Origin: Lingula anatina
Lineage: Eukaryota; Animalia; Brachiopoda
Assembly (NCBI GenBank): GCA_051362555.1
Contig: CM120645.1
Span: forward strand, 11,222,001 to 11,286,000
Length of the DNA: 64,000 nucleotides
Direction of reading: 5' to 3'
In this document: positions 63,741-64,000 of the stretch, in pieces
Layout: each line of letters starts with the position of its first letter
How positions within the stretch are numbered: position 1 is the first letter of the stretch
Notes under the pieces: generated by a model
The model's input: the letters and a program-made list of their open reading frames with translations, nothing else
The model's database searches: none
Told to the model about the DNA's origin: nothing
Program-made: the position numbers and the translations under genes

Positions 63741-64000
63741 GAATTGGCTTGAATGAGCTACGTGTAGTAGGCCTATGAAAGGAATACCCAACAGATGTCT
63801 CGCGATGGAATCTCGACAAAATTATGGGTGTCTAGTGCGCGTATTTATGTTTCTTTTCTTACTATTGTCAATTGAACACATAGAAAAGGAAAATGAGAGT
63901 TCCAAAAACGGATTTAACTGTCTGGAGTCAAACATACGATCCACTGGATCATGTACTTAATCCTTTCCGAAAATAATTCAAAATTGATACCAATGAAATG

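Noticed and set aside
63740-64000. Possible signal-peptide exon of the large receptor or a separate 61-aa ORF
   Set aside because: No minus-strand hydrophobic leader with a phase-1 donor was found; the plus-strand ORF has no supporting features.

Overview
AT-rich, intron-rich eukaryotic DNA, most likely from a marine invertebrate such as a mollusc (inferred from gene content and repeat types; species not determinable here). Manual splice-site reading gives four complete genes and one 5'-incomplete gene: a small secreted three-EGF protein (+, 1988-6147), NAMPT (+, 8437-16487, 10 coding exons, 482 aa), PSMA5 (-, 24722-28112, 241 aa), a synaptophysin-family MARVEL protein head-to-head with PSMA5 (+, 28805-35906, 253 aa), and a single-pass receptor of about 2,196 aa or more (-, 39714-62637, 40 exons in window; EGF x8, NIDO, AMOP, cadherin/Ig-like, EGF x20, TSP1, SEA-like/mucin, TM). 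Repeats include three Helentron-type non-autonomous (HINE/DINE-1-like) families, one carrying a 146-bp satellite with a 730-bp higher-order period, plus MITEs, tRNA-SINEs and an L2/Crack-like LINE fragment. The most unusual observations are an EGF exon inside a 1.27-kb indel that also holds Helentron-type termini on both sides of the exon, recurrent intronic copies of neighbouring exon ends (including a 7 x 41-bp array of splice donors), a NIDO-AMOP receptor lacking VWD, and a possible recursive splice site in NAMPT. All alignments and counts were done by eye.
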